Part shown: piece after piece, positions 39,108 to 49,285 of the stretch | How the letters are laid out: each line of letters starts with the position of its first letter | Numbering within the stretch: the first letter of the stretch is position 1 | Source of the DNA: Patescibacteria group bacterium | GTDB lineage: Bacteria; Patescibacteriota; JABMPQ01; JAQVVF01 | Reading direction: 5' to 3' | DNA length: 64,000 nucleotides | Assembly: GCA_028699085.1 (NCBI GenBank) | Contig: JAQVVF010000002.1 | Location: 132,557 to 196,556, forward strand | Program-made: the position numbers and the translations under genes | The notes under the pieces: generated by a model | Seen by the model: the letters and a program-made list of their open reading frames with translations, nothing else | The model's database searches: none | Told to the model about the DNA's origin: nothing

Positions 39108-41885
39108 TTAGAATCTTCCAACAACAAATTCTTTGCTATCCAGCGTAAAATTATTACTAATAACAGGTACAGAACTTTGTCCTTTATAACTCCAAGCCTT
39201 AATCGCTGAACTTCCAGACGAAGCAGTAACAATTTCATCATATCCATCATTGTTAATATCTCCGATAGCTAACCTTATATTACTATTATAATTGCCGTAC
39301 GGTAAAAAACCAGAGCTTTTATATTTTTTTTTGCCTTTTTTTGTGAATATCTTTATCTCTTTGTTTGCAGAGCTTGGAATAGCTACAATTTCATCCTTGC
39401 CATCAAAATCTAAATCTCCGCTATCTAATCTAACTCCATTTTTGCTCGAATAAGCTTTCCAGCCTTTGGTCTTAAAAGTTTTTACAAAATCATTTCCTGA
39501 TAATTTATAAGTATAAACTTTAGCTGTATCTTTTTCTTGGCCAACAATAATTTCATCATAATTATCTCCATCTAAATCGCCAACAGCCACAGAAACGCCA
39601 ACTGCCTTTTTAAATGGCTTGAATCCTTTTTTCTTGAATTTAGATTTCCCAGCTTTGTTAAAAACTTTGACTCTCGATTTGCATGGAGATCCTTGACTTG
39701 CAATTATTTCATCATTTCCATCCATATTTAAATCTCCTGAAGCAACATTAATTCCACAATTAGAATTAGAACTTCCAAAAGGATAAAATTCTTTATATAA
39801 TTTAATACCATTTTTATCAGTCACATAAATTACCGACCTTTGTCCTTTTTTTGCACCAACAATTATTTCATCTAATCCATCTTTGTTTACATCTCCAGTT
39901 GTTGCATAATTATTAGATTTAACGCTCACTAAAGAATTATTTTTTGGTACAATCACAACGGGTACGCCAGATGAATAATTGCCTGCGGTATCATAAGTAT
40001 ATATTTTATAATAATATTTTTTATTTTGATTTAAGTTATCATCAGTAAAGCTAGTTTTCTTTTTTTTCATTACTTTCTTGCCATTGGAATAGCTCGTTGG
40101 AAAAGACTTCTTTTTTCTCATTATCTTCACTTTTTTAAAATCCCATGCAGTTGGATTTTTCCATTTAAAATAAATACTTCCATTTTTTACTATCTGTCTT
40201 AAATTAGAAATATTATCAGGAGCAGAATCAATTACTGTAAAAGCATTTGTTGCTGAAGTTGTCTTACCATTTGAAGTCACAGAAATATCATAAGTCCCAG
40301 CTGAAATATGCTTTGGAACTGTTGCTGTTATTGTTGTACCATTTACAACATTTACATTAGTCATTGCTGTTGAACCAATAGCCATCGTCGCGCCAGCAAC
40401 AAAATTAGTTCCAGTTATTGTTATATTTTCATTGCTAGAATTATCCGCTGAAGATACTGATAAAGATTTAACTGTTGGAAATGTGAATGCATTAGCAGCA
40501 TTCAAAAGTCCATGGCCATATTCTGTATCATATCCGGAAGTGCCTAAATCAGTAGCAGAATTATCAACTATTGATCTTATATTATTTGCTGGAACATTAT
40601 TTGCCATCAATAATGCCGCTGTTCCCGCAACATGCGGTGTTGCTTGCGATGTCCCATTAATTGGCCAAGTTGTAAAAGATCCATAACCTGTATAATAATC
40701 AGGCTCAAAAAATGATGCAAAACTTTGCTGAACAACTCCATCTCCAGAGCATAATCTTGTATCTGCAACTCCATAAGCCAACCAAACTGCAGTCACACAA
40801 TCTGATAAAGTAGCATAATTGCTCAATCCCCATCCATAAAAACCATTATAATAGCCTTCATCAGTCTGACCTCCAGGAGCAACTAAATCCAAACCAGTAC
40901 CATAATTTGAAAAAGTAGATCGCAAATTGTTATGATATCTTGTTGAACCAACTGAAATTACTTGAGACAATCTTGCAGGATAATCCAATTCCGGATCTCC
41001 AATACCATCTCCCCCGCCATTGCCTGCAGCAGCAACCATTATTACTCCAGAATTGGAAGCATCAGTTACAGCATCCGCAATAGTTTGAGAATAGCTTGTT
41101 CCTCCTAAACTCATATTAATTATTTTCGCTCCATTATTTTTTGCGTATGTAATTCCAGATGCAATCCAATCATTTTGTCCACTGCCCTCGCTATTCAAAA
41201 CTTTTACTGGCATTATTGTTGAATTAAAAGCAACCCCTGATCCAGCAACACTATTATCAGTACTTTCTGCAATCGTACTCGCAACATGAGTTCCATGACC
41301 TTGATCATCATTTGGATGCGCATCATTATTCACAAAATCATAGCCAGTTGCAAATGCCGGATAACTGCCAGTGAAATCAGTTGCCTTAGAATAAATATCC
41401 CAATTTTCATATGCAACTCCAGTATCAACAACTGCAACAATAATTGAGGGATCTCCTCCATACAACGGCGTCGTTGTATCATAATCCCAAGCACTGCTCA
41501 ATCCAATCGTTGCAAAATGCCATTGATTAGTATAAAGCGGATCATTTGGAGTAAATGACGCATGATAAATATAATTCGGCTCTGCATATTCTACTTCTGG
41601 TCTTAATTTTTTATTATTATAATATTCAACTGCCTGATCAACAGTCGCAGTTGTCGGCAATTCCAAAACTGTAAAATTGGCAGATTCATCAGTTCGAACA
41701 ACAGTTGAATTAAAACCATTTGCTATTTTTCCAATAGTTTCCGCAGTTGTCGCCACATTTTGTTTTAACTTTACAATAATTTGATTAGGCACATATTCAT
41801 CTGTTGCCAAAGAAAAATTAGAAGCAAAAAAAACACCAGATATTATCAATACAGAAGATAATAATAATTTCATTGTTTTTTTCAT
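39108..41885 (-). CDS. Secreted S8 protease with IPT/TIG, Fn3-like and FG-GAP repeat domains
   Basis: VVDTG, HGTHVA, GTSQATPHVAG; ITITGTNF..G (IPT); five GD.D.DG.DEI-type repeats. Confidence 0.92.
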   Translation of the reverse strand: MKKTMKLLLSSVLIISGVFFASNFSLATDEYVPNQIIVKLKQNVATTAETIGKIANGFNSTVVRTDESANFTVLELPTTATVDQAVEYYNNKKLRPEVEYAEPNYIYHASFTPNDPLYTNQWHFATIGLSSAWDYDTTTPLYGGDPSIIVAVVDTGVAYENWDIYSKATDFTGSYPAFATGYDFVNNDAHPNDDQGHGTHVASTIAESTDNSVAGSGVAFNSTIMPVKVLNSEGSGQNDWIASGITYAKNNGAKIINMSLGGTSYSQTIADAVTDASNSGVIMVAAAGNGGGDGIGDPELDYPARLSQVISVGSTRYHNNLRSTFSNYGTGLDLVAPGGQTDEGYYNGFYGWGLSNYATLSDCVTAVWLAYGVADTRLCSGDGVVQQSFASFFEPDYYTGYGSFTTWPINGTSQATPHVAGTAALLMANNVPANNIRSIVDNSATDLGTSGYDTEYGHGLLNAANAFTFPTVKSLSVSSADNSSNENITITGTNFVAGATMAIGSTAMTNVNVVNGTTITATVPKHISAGTYDISVTSNGKTTSATNAFTVIDSAPDNISNLRQIVKNGSIYFKWKNPTAWDFKKVKIMRKKKSFPTSYSNGKKVMKKKKTSFTDDNLNQNKKYYYKIYTYDTAGNYSSGVPVVIVPKNNSLVSVKSNNYATTGDVNKDGLDEIIVGAKKGQRSVIYVTDKNGIKLYKEFYPFGSSNSNCGINVASGDLNMDGNDEIIASQGSPCKSRVKVFNKAGKSKFKKKGFKPFKKAVGVSVAVGDLDGDNYDEIIVGQEKDTAKVYTYKLSGNDFVKTFKTKGWKAYSSKNGVRLDSGDLDFDGKDEIVAIPSSANKEIKIFTKKGKKKYKSSGFLPYGNYNSNIRLAIGDINNDGYDEIVTASSGSSAIKAWSYKGQSSVPVISNNFTLDSKEFVVGRF

Positions 41886-41920
41886 ATATTTTAAATAATT
41901 AGCAATTTAACAATAAAATA

Positions 41921-41960
41921 TAACTAATCTAACTTATCTAACCAATCTAACTTATTAACT
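41921..41960. repeat. 9-nt tandem repeat
   Basis: taactaatc taacttatc taaccaatc taacttatt. Confidence 0.65.
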
Positions 41961-41968
41961 CGTTTTTA

Positions 41969-42442
41969 TTAATATAATCCAGCTTCATGCAAAGTTGAAA
42001 TATAAGTTTCCAAATATCCTTTTAAAGTCACAACACCATTATTTTTCTTTACAACCTGAAAAACAACTGCCTGCGGATAGACACTACAAGTCGGGACCTT
42101 TCTAGCAATAATCACGCCTCTTTTTTTTGCCTTAACAGTAGTAAAATAGCTATTCCATTGATCTTCTGTCAAAATCTTTTTCTGTAATACTAAATAATCA
42201 GTTTGCTTAATTTCTGTTTTCAAAATACTTTTTGGATAATAATGACCTTCTGACATAAAAGTACCAATCAAATATCCAGTTGATCTTGAATTTGCATAAT
42301 TATCAACTAATCTGCTATAGCGAGCTTGATTCAAATAATCGCCAATTCCGTTCAGATGATTTTTGAAAGTCCTTGCATCAGCATAATTTGTTGTAACAAA
42401 AAACAAACAAAACATAATGCTTGAGAAAACAATTTTTTTCAT
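41969..42442 (-). CDS. Secreted hypothetical protein
   Basis: Signal peptide ending ADA; own TG-TATAAT promoter element at ~42482-42490. Confidence 0.7.
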   Translation of the reverse strand: MKKIVFSSIMFCLFFVTTNYADARTFKNHLNGIGDYLNQARYSRLVDNYANSRSTGYLIGTFMSEGHYYPKSILKTEIKQTDYLVLQKKILTEDQWNSYFTTVKAKKRGVIIARKVPTCSVYPQAVVFQVVKKNNGVVTLKGYLETYISTLHEAGLY

Positions 42443-42544
42443 TTTTTTAATTTATTTTTTATACCCTTTTATCTTTTATTTATTATAACATTAATAAGAT
42501 AAAAGTTATCAACAAAAATATTAACCTTATAAAGAATATTTCAT

Positions 42545-45500
42545 CTACAATTGAAACGCATCCTTATCCGCAATCACAAATTTTGCTTTAGAAAGCGAAG
42601 TAAAATGATAGATTGGCGCAAAGTTTTGATTGCTACCTTTCTTGGTTTTAGCAATCGATGTTGGTCTTAGATAATAGTTTCTGATTTTGAATTTTAGGAT
42701 ATTCTTTTCTTTGTTTTGGTAAATAGTGAAAGGTCCGCGCCATTTGTTATCTCTATCTTTGATAAAAAGACGGAGATTCTTTTCTTTAAGTTTGTTTTTC
42801 TTTAGCTTTTTTGTTTTGTAGTGGAAAGTGATTTTGAAAGTAGTTTTACGGATATTCTTGATGTTTGATTTTAGAATAAGGTAAGAAGGATAAAGTTTTT
42901 TCTTGATAAAATGACGGGAAGAATATTTTTTGTTTTTGCGAATTAATGTTAGATAAAGACCAGTAGAATTAGATGGCTTTTCATAGAAATAGACTTTGAT
43001 GTCTTGTCCTAGATCTTGATATGTTCTCAACAAATTAGTTTGCTCTAAATTTAATGTTTGATTAAAATCAGTTGCCATAGAATTCAAGGCTGTAAAAGTT
43101 GTTGCTTCAGGTTGGCTGATCATTGTATTGCCAGCTAGATCTTTCGCATTTCTGACTGATATGTATCCAGAAGTGTTAGTATAGGAGCTATCCAAAACAA
43201 TATTTCCAGTCCATGTCTTTCCTGAATATGATGTTTGGACTACTCCATAGTTTTCAGTTCTCAATCCTGTAATTTCAACAACTGGCAATGCTGTTGTTAA
43301 CATGTTTTCTGAAAATACAATTGTTACTGTGACTAAACCAGCTTGAGCTGGATTTGGAGTATACGAAATTGAAGAAATAGTCGGTAGAATGCTTTCAACT
43401 TGAAATGTCGAAGCAGTCAGATCAGGCAACATTGTATTTCCAGCAATATCTTTAGCGCCTGTTACAGAAATCGTTGCTGTTGCATCTTCATTGTCAGGAT
43501 TTAAAGTAAAAGTGCCGTACCAAATAGCAGAGCCATAAATATTCTGGCTGACTGTGTAAGAATTGGTTAAGCCATTTATCGTTACTGTCGGTGTGACAGT
43601 TGTATCCATGGCTTGCGAAAAGTAAAGAATGACTCCTACTGTTCCAGGAATAGCTGGATTAGGATTAACAATGATTGAAGTAAGATATGGCGCAATAGTG
43701 TTGACTTCAAAAGTGCCAGCTGACAAATCAGCTAACATTGTATTGCCAGCTAGATCTTTTGCATCTGCAACCGAAATTACTGCAGTCTCAATTTCATCAT
43801 CATCAAGCAAAGCAAAAGTGCCAGTCCACAAATTACCATAGCTAGTTTGAGCTACAAGATATGGACTGCTAACCAAGCCTGTGATATTGACTGTTGGTGA
43901 GACAGTTGTATCCATTGTTTCCGAGAATACCAAGCTAACTGTTACATTTCCAGGCTTGGCTGGATTTGGAACAGCTATCGCTGATGTGACTGTTGGTTTT
44001 GTTTCATCAAGAATGATTGTACTGGAAATGCCAGTGCTTTCTGAAAGCAACTTGTCTCTGTATTTGACATAGACTGTCTTTGTCCCATCTCCTGACGATA
44101 ATGTAAAGTTCTTTGATGTAGCATAAGTTTCCCAACTAGCGCCAACAAAAGTCGCGCTTTCTGAAACCATCATCTGATATGCATCAGACGATGCTGATAA
44201 ATTCAAAGTAACAGCTGTTGTATTTGTATAACTTGCTCCAGAATTAATTGCAATTGACGTGGAAGTCGGGGCGGAGCCGAAGATGTGATAAACTACACTA
44301 GAATAAAATGGCGGGATAGAAGTACTACTATAGCCAACCATATGAACATTATCATCATTATCTAAAGCTAAGCTGGGATATTGACCAAAATAACTTATCT
44401 CATTTACTGCCTGCACAACCCATGAATTTTCTTTATAGGCAAAATTTAAAAAATTAGTTGCACTGTTATAGTAGGAGATATTTGGAATGTTTGAACTATT
44501 TAATTTTAAGGTAATGTAACTGCCATAGCTAGCATTAGCATCAACAAATTCTGTATGCCAGCCATCAATATTTTTGTAAGCATATTTCACTTTAAAATTA
44601 GTAGCATCATAATACGCAATATGCGGATAATTGGAACTGTCTAAATCAAGAGAGTTATATTCACCAACACTGCCACTAGAATCAGCAATTTCTGTATGCC
44701 AACCAGTGCCATCTTTGTAAGCATACATTAAATTAGTATTAGTATAATCATAATAGCTGACACAAGGATAATTATTAGAATTGATCTTAATTGAAGATTG
44801 CATGTTATAACCATAATAACCGCCAATACTACCAATAGTTTCTGTATGCCAGCCAGCCCCATCTTTATAAGCATGTTTGACTTGACCTGAAGTACTATAA
44901 TAATAACTGATGTGCGGATAGTTATTCTGATCTATTGCAATCGAGCTAAAATACCCAGTATCATTTACTGAATCAACTGTTTCTAAATGCCAGCCTGAAG
45001 CATCTTGATAAGCATATTTAAGATCATTAACACCTGTATAATGATAACTAATATGCGCGTAATTATTCTGATCTATTGCAATATCTGTCCCGTATGGAGT
45101 ACTAGAAGTATTATCCAACAAAGTTGTATTCCATCGATCATCATCCATATATCCATAACCAACAAAACTCATTCCAGAAGAACTAATACGCACCTCGTCG
45201 TTATTATCAATAATAACTTTGTTAGCATAGTTAAAATATTTAAGCTGATTGCTATTCCAAGCTCCGTTATAGTATGCGCGATAGATATTTGAGCTATATG
45301 TATACCCTATTTGCGGTAAATCAGTGGAAGTCAAATCAATTGACGTCCTACTCGAATTGCAATTAGTATTTACAATCGTTGGATTCCAAGCCCCACTATC
45401 TTTATACGTGTACTTTAAATCTGCATTAGTATTATCATAATAGCTAATATGCGGTCGATTACTATTGTCAGTCACAATAGAAGTATATTGACCAATATTA

Positions 45501-46366
45501 GCGCTACTAGAATCAACTGTTTCTGTTGCCCAAACCCCGCTATCTTTTAAAGCATATTTAAGATCATAATTTGTGCCATCATAATAGCTAATATGAGGTC
45601 GATTTAATAAATCAATTGCAATTGAGCTAAGTGTCCCAACAGAGCCCACAGAATCAACAGTCTCTTTGTGCCAACCATTGATATCTTGATAGGCATATTC
45701 AAGATCATAATTTGTATTATCATAATAGCTAATATGAGCATAGTTAAGATTATCTAGAACTATAGAAGGATGATAGGCGTTAACCGTATTATCAAGAGTC
45801 TGAGTATGCCAGCCATTAATATCTTTATAGGCATACATTAAATAGTATTGATAAGAAAGAGGTATATAATATTTAGTATAAGCAATATGCGGATAACCAT
45901 TGCTGTCAATAGCAATCGAATTATACCTAACATTAGCATTATCAAGATCAACAATCTCACTATGCCAGCCAGATATATCTTGATATGCATAATGAAGATA
46001 ATAGCTCGTTGTATCTATATAGCTGATGTGCGGATAACCATTGCTATCAAGATCCAAAGAATGGCCATAAGTATCACTAATAACATCATAGCTTGCATCA
46101 GGATCAATTGTTTCAAAATATAGCTGGCCATTAACATCTAAAGTTCCATACTTTATTTTTTTTAAATAATAATCATAGCAAGCAATGCTATAACGATCAT
46201 TGCTTTTATTAATCTTCAAAACCGGATTATAACAAACATTACTTGTCCCATCAACCTTCTCCATCGTCAACGCCATCGCCTTATTACAATCCAAACCAAA
46301 AAAGACAGCAAATAGGCTTATGCTGATAAGACAAAAAAATGAAAAAATTATGATTTTTTTAATCAT
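42545..46366 (-). CDS. Large secreted repeat protein (beta-propeller-like repeats, Ig-like domains, basic C-terminus)
   Basis: About a dozen repeats of SIA.D....PHISYYD.TN.DLKYAY.D..GWH.ETVD; GDGTKTVYVKYRD; three FSE.M...AKDLAGNTM Ig-like units. Confidence 0.85.
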   Translation of the reverse strand: MIKKIIIFSFFCLISISLFAVFFGLDCNKAMALTMEKVDGTSNVCYNPVLKINKSNDRYSIACYDYYLKKIKYGTLDVNGQLYFETIDPDASYDVISDTYGHSLDLDSNGYPHISYIDTTSYYLHYAYQDISGWHSEIVDLDNANVRYNSIAIDSNGYPHIAYTKYYIPLSYQYYLMYAYKDINGWHTQTLDNTVNAYHPSIVLDNLNYAHISYYDNTNYDLEYAYQDINGWHKETVDSVGSVGTLSSIAIDLLNRPHISYYDGTNYDLKYALKDSGVWATETVDSSSANIGQYTSIVTDNSNRPHISYYDNTNADLKYTYKDSGAWNPTIVNTNCNSSRTSIDLTSTDLPQIGYTYSSNIYRAYYNGAWNSNQLKYFNYANKVIIDNNDEVRISSSGMSFVGYGYMDDDRWNTTLLDNTSSTPYGTDIAIDQNNYAHISYHYTGVNDLKYAYQDASGWHLETVDSVNDTGYFSSIAIDQNNYPHISYYYSTSGQVKHAYKDGAGWHTETIGSIGGYYGYNMQSSIKINSNNYPCVSYYDYTNTNLMYAYKDGTGWHTEIADSSGSVGEYNSLDLDSSNYPHIAYYDATNFKVKYAYKNIDGWHTEFVDANASYGSYITLKLNSSNIPNISYYNSATNFLNFAYKENSWVVQAVNEISYFGQYPSLALDNDDNVHMVGYSSTSIPPFYSSVVYHIFGSAPTSTSIAINSGASYTNTTAVTLNLSASSDAYQMMVSESATFVGASWETYATSKNFTLSSGDGTKTVYVKYRDKLLSESTGISSTIILDETKPTVTSAIAVPNPAKPGNVTVSLVFSETMDTTVSPTVNITGLVSSPYLVAQTSYGNLWTGTFALLDDDEIETAVISVADAKDLAGNTMLADLSAGTFEVNTIAPYLTSIIVNPNPAIPGTVGVILYFSQAMDTTVTPTVTINGLTNSYTVSQNIYGSAIWYGTFTLNPDNEDATATISVTGAKDIAGNTMLPDLTASTFQVESILPTISSISYTPNPAQAGLVTVTIVFSENMLTTALPVVEITGLRTENYGVVQTSYSGKTWTGNIVLDSSYTNTSGYISVRNAKDLAGNTMISQPEATTFTALNSMATDFNQTLNLEQTNLLRTYQDLGQDIKVYFYEKPSNSTGLYLTLIRKNKKYSSRHFIKKKLYPSYLILKSNIKNIRKTTFKITFHYKTKKLKKNKLKEKNLRLFIKDRDNKWRGPFTIYQNKEKNILKFKIRNYYLRPTSIAKTKKGSNQNFAPIYHFTSLSKAKFVIADKDAFQL

Positions 46367-46522
46367 CTTGCTTTTTGTTTTTTTATTCGTCCAAAATATT
46401 ACAAATCATGCCTACAAAAACATAGAGGTTGACTTGTTCCCTATTTGTTTTATTATACCATTTTTTTAACAAAAGATATCAACAAAAAAAGCTAACATTA
46501 TTTGTTAGCTCTATAAACTAGG

Positions 46523-46615
46523 AGGCTCAGCCTTTTACTTAAACGATATAGTCATTTTCTTAAATTAGTCACAATTTAAAACATTGCGCTTTCTTTTTAA
46601 TAAAAGGCTGAGCCT
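46523..46615. repeat. REPIN/MITE-like element (copy B)
   Basis: Inverted repeats aggctcagcctttta / taaaaggctgagcct; similar length and interior motifs to copy A. Confidence 0.65.
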
Positions 46616-46726
46616 CTTGTTGAGCTTTCTTGCTTAAAAGTTATTATCAACATAATAAAAAAGACTAACCTATAAAGATTAGCCATAAAGTGCATTCGTT
46701 TTTTTACTTTTTAATTTTTTATTTTT

Positions 46727-48523
46727 TTATGGTTGCCAAACATAACATTCAATTCCTTCATTTCGATAACCTAAATTAGAAATTGCATTATCTCTTTCAT
46801 CACGACTTATCGTATACAAATGGTCAGTAGTCGCATTATTATATAGTCTAAACAAAGGCTTAGATCCAGATATTTCTTGTCTTGCGCAAAAACCAATATC
46901 GCCTTTTTGTTCATAATTATTAGCAGAATCTCTTTCATCTGTTGAAATTGTATAAAAATGATCTCTCGGATTTTCTCTTTTTAATTTCCACAATTTGACT
47001 AATCTGCCATCAACTCGCTCTCGATAGGTTTTAAATTGTTCACCTTCAAATCTATAGCCATCAACTCCATCATTTTCTAGTCTTAATAAATGCGCTATAT
47101 CTCCATTACTATTATAGTAATATCTAAAAACTTGTTGCTTGCAATGCGCTCCGTCATCAATTAATCCATTGCAATCATTATCTTTTAGATCACAATTTTC
47201 AAGACTTCGACCACTTGGAACACAATCAGTCAAACTCGCCCAAAGACATGTTGGTCCGCAAGTCCTCGTTGCTCTGCCAACTCTGCACTCTCCTATATTA
47301 TATTGGCATTCAAATTCTTCAACTTGGTTTGGCGCGCACACTCCTTGCTCCTCACAAACATTCCAACTCTGCCAAAGACAATTTATCCCACATTCCCGCC
47401 TCATTCTGCCACAATGCCCGCATGGCTCAACTTGGAATTGTAATGACTCACATTCAAGTCCAACTAACAATCCGCATTGACTCCATTCAGTCCAGCGCAA
47501 TCTATCGTTGCAATGCCTGATCTGTTCACCGCAAAAATCGCATAGCTTTTTTTCAATCTGTCCAAGCTGGCATTCTGCAATATTTCTGACAATAATTCTA
47601 AAATGCATTTCTGCCCAATCATTCAAAAATCCAGCAGACTTATGCCAAATTCTAAAATACACTTTATATTCATGATTTAATTCAACATTATTTCTTGCTT
47701 TTACTTTGAATCTAAACCAAGCAATTTCATTAGAAGCAACTCTAGCAGTTGTCTGGCTAGTTACTCGTTCACAATTATTTCCCAGCCAAGAGTTATGACA
47801 CAACAGACTTTCTGTTATATCGCCATCGCGATTTACAGATCTTAATTCAACATAATTATTATTTTCTCTATCATTGCTCCAAAAATTTGATCCAGTATTT
47901 TTAAAAGCAACAATAAATTCTTTTTCCTCACCTTGATCAAATTCAATCAAGCCATCAGGACTTTGCCGATAATATTCGCAAGAATATCTAGGCTGACCAA
48001 AATTTCCAGAAGTTAAAATAATGCCATTAAAAATATTATGCCCTTCAATTGGCGATGGTTCGACTGACACGCCATTTTGAAATAAACAAAAATGCAAATG
48101 CGATCCAGTAGAAAAAGGCATGCCTGGAGTATTATCACATTTTCCAATTACATCGCCATGCAGAACTCTTTGACCAAAAGCAACAGCAGGCTGTTCCAAT
48201 AAATGCGCATACAAAGTTTGGGTATTGTTGGCATGATTAATTTTTACCATCCAACCATAGCCGTCATTAAAAAATGCTTGAGATACAACTCCATCAGCAA
48301 CTGCCAGAATATCTTGCCCCATATCATCAAAATCGATTGCATTTGCATCAACACAAAAATGGCTCAACCCGACATGATAACCCTCGCCATAATAATTACC
48401 ACTGCCACCAATTTGCCAACGCTGTCCTGCTCTCCACGGCGCATATAATTCAATAGGAGCAGCAAAAGAATTAAAACTAAACAATGAAGCAACAAAACAA
48501 AAAAGCAAATTCTTAATGTTCAT
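46727..48523 (-). CDS. Secreted M23 peptidase with Ig/FW-like, Cys-rich and C-terminal repeat domains
   Basis: GYGW.V.I.H...YAHL, GSHLHF (HxH); Cys-rich repeats; ENCDLKDNDCNGLIDDG; HFYT...ERD repeats; ATG at 48523 after CAGGAGG. Confidence 0.85.
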   Translation of the reverse strand: MNIKNLLFCFVASLFSFNSFAAPIELYAPWRAGQRWQIGGSGNYYGEGYHVGLSHFCVDANAIDFDDMGQDILAVADGVVSQAFFNDGYGWMVKINHANNTQTLYAHLLEQPAVAFGQRVLHGDVIGKCDNTPGMPFSTGSHLHFCLFQNGVSVEPSPIEGHNIFNGIILTSGNFGQPRYSCEYYRQSPDGLIEFDQGEEKEFIVAFKNTGSNFWSNDRENNNYVELRSVNRDGDITESLLCHNSWLGNNCERVTSQTTARVASNEIAWFRFKVKARNNVELNHEYKVYFRIWHKSAGFLNDWAEMHFRIIVRNIAECQLGQIEKKLCDFCGEQIRHCNDRLRWTEWSQCGLLVGLECESLQFQVEPCGHCGRMRRECGINCLWQSWNVCEEQGVCAPNQVEEFECQYNIGECRVGRATRTCGPTCLWASLTDCVPSGRSLENCDLKDNDCNGLIDDGAHCKQQVFRYYYNSNGDIAHLLRLENDGVDGYRFEGEQFKTYRERVDGRLVKLWKLKRENPRDHFYTISTDERDSANNYEQKGDIGFCARQEISGSKPLFRLYNNATTDHLYTISRDERDNAISNLGYRNEGIECYVWQP

Positions 48524-49175
48524 TTTCTTCCTCCTGAAATTCAAAGCTCTCCATCATCTCTTCAAACTCTGATAAAAATACTGTATCTCTTTCTAATACA
48601 GTTGCAGAAAAAAAATAAATCTTATCATTCCTTGCAAAATAATAATCCTCAATATATCCAGACATCCATTCGCCTTGATAATCTTCAGGAATTTCTCTGC
48701 AATCAAATAATATTCTCAAACTCTCATTGCTTATTTCATAATCTAACAGTACTCCTCTAAAATTAGGTCGCTTCGAAATTGCAAAATTCCACAAATCAAG
48801 ATTATCAGAATTATCATAATTTAAACCTTCCACTAAAATCTCATTTTCTTTTGGATGGTACAATTCATCAAAATCAAAATTGCCCATCATCAAAACAAGT
48901 CCAGAATCTATTTCACCTGTTTCCAAAAAATTCCAAGTATTTGGATATAACATTCTAAAACCCAATTCATAATTTTGATAATCAATCTTGCGTGAATCTC
49001 TAGGCTTTTTTTCATCAAAGTTATCATCATTAGAATTTGACTCTTCTTCTTTTACCTCGCTTGTATCATTGCTTCTTAATTCAATCTCTGGAATCATTCC
49101 GATATTATCATTGCTATCTACACAACCAAAAAACAAAAAACTTAGCCAAATAAAAAACCCTCCCTTTATTTTCAT
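48513..49175 (-). CDS. Acidic lipoprotein, PsbP-like fold (inferred)
   Basis: FFGC lipobox, YQN...GF.M.YP.TW, FEEMMESF.F; AAGGAGG SD; overlaps the M23 start. Confidence 0.7.
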   Translation of the reverse strand: MKIKGGFFIWLSFLFFGCVDSNDNIGMIPEIELRSNDTSEVKEEESNSNDDNFDEKKPRDSRKIDYQNYELGFRMLYPNTWNFLETGEIDSGLVLMMGNFDFDELYHPKENEILVEGLNYDNSDNLDLWNFAISKRPNFRGVLLDYEISNESLRILFDCREIPEDYQGEWMSGYIEDYYFARNDKIYFFSATVLERDTVFLSEFEEMMESFEFQEEENEH

Positions 49176-49285
49176 TCTTGCCTCCTTTGTTCGCCAAAGC
49201 TAAAGCTTTGGCAAACTATTGTGAAAAGATCAAGAATTTTCCCTCCAAACATATTATAATACATTTGAATAAATATTTAATATTT

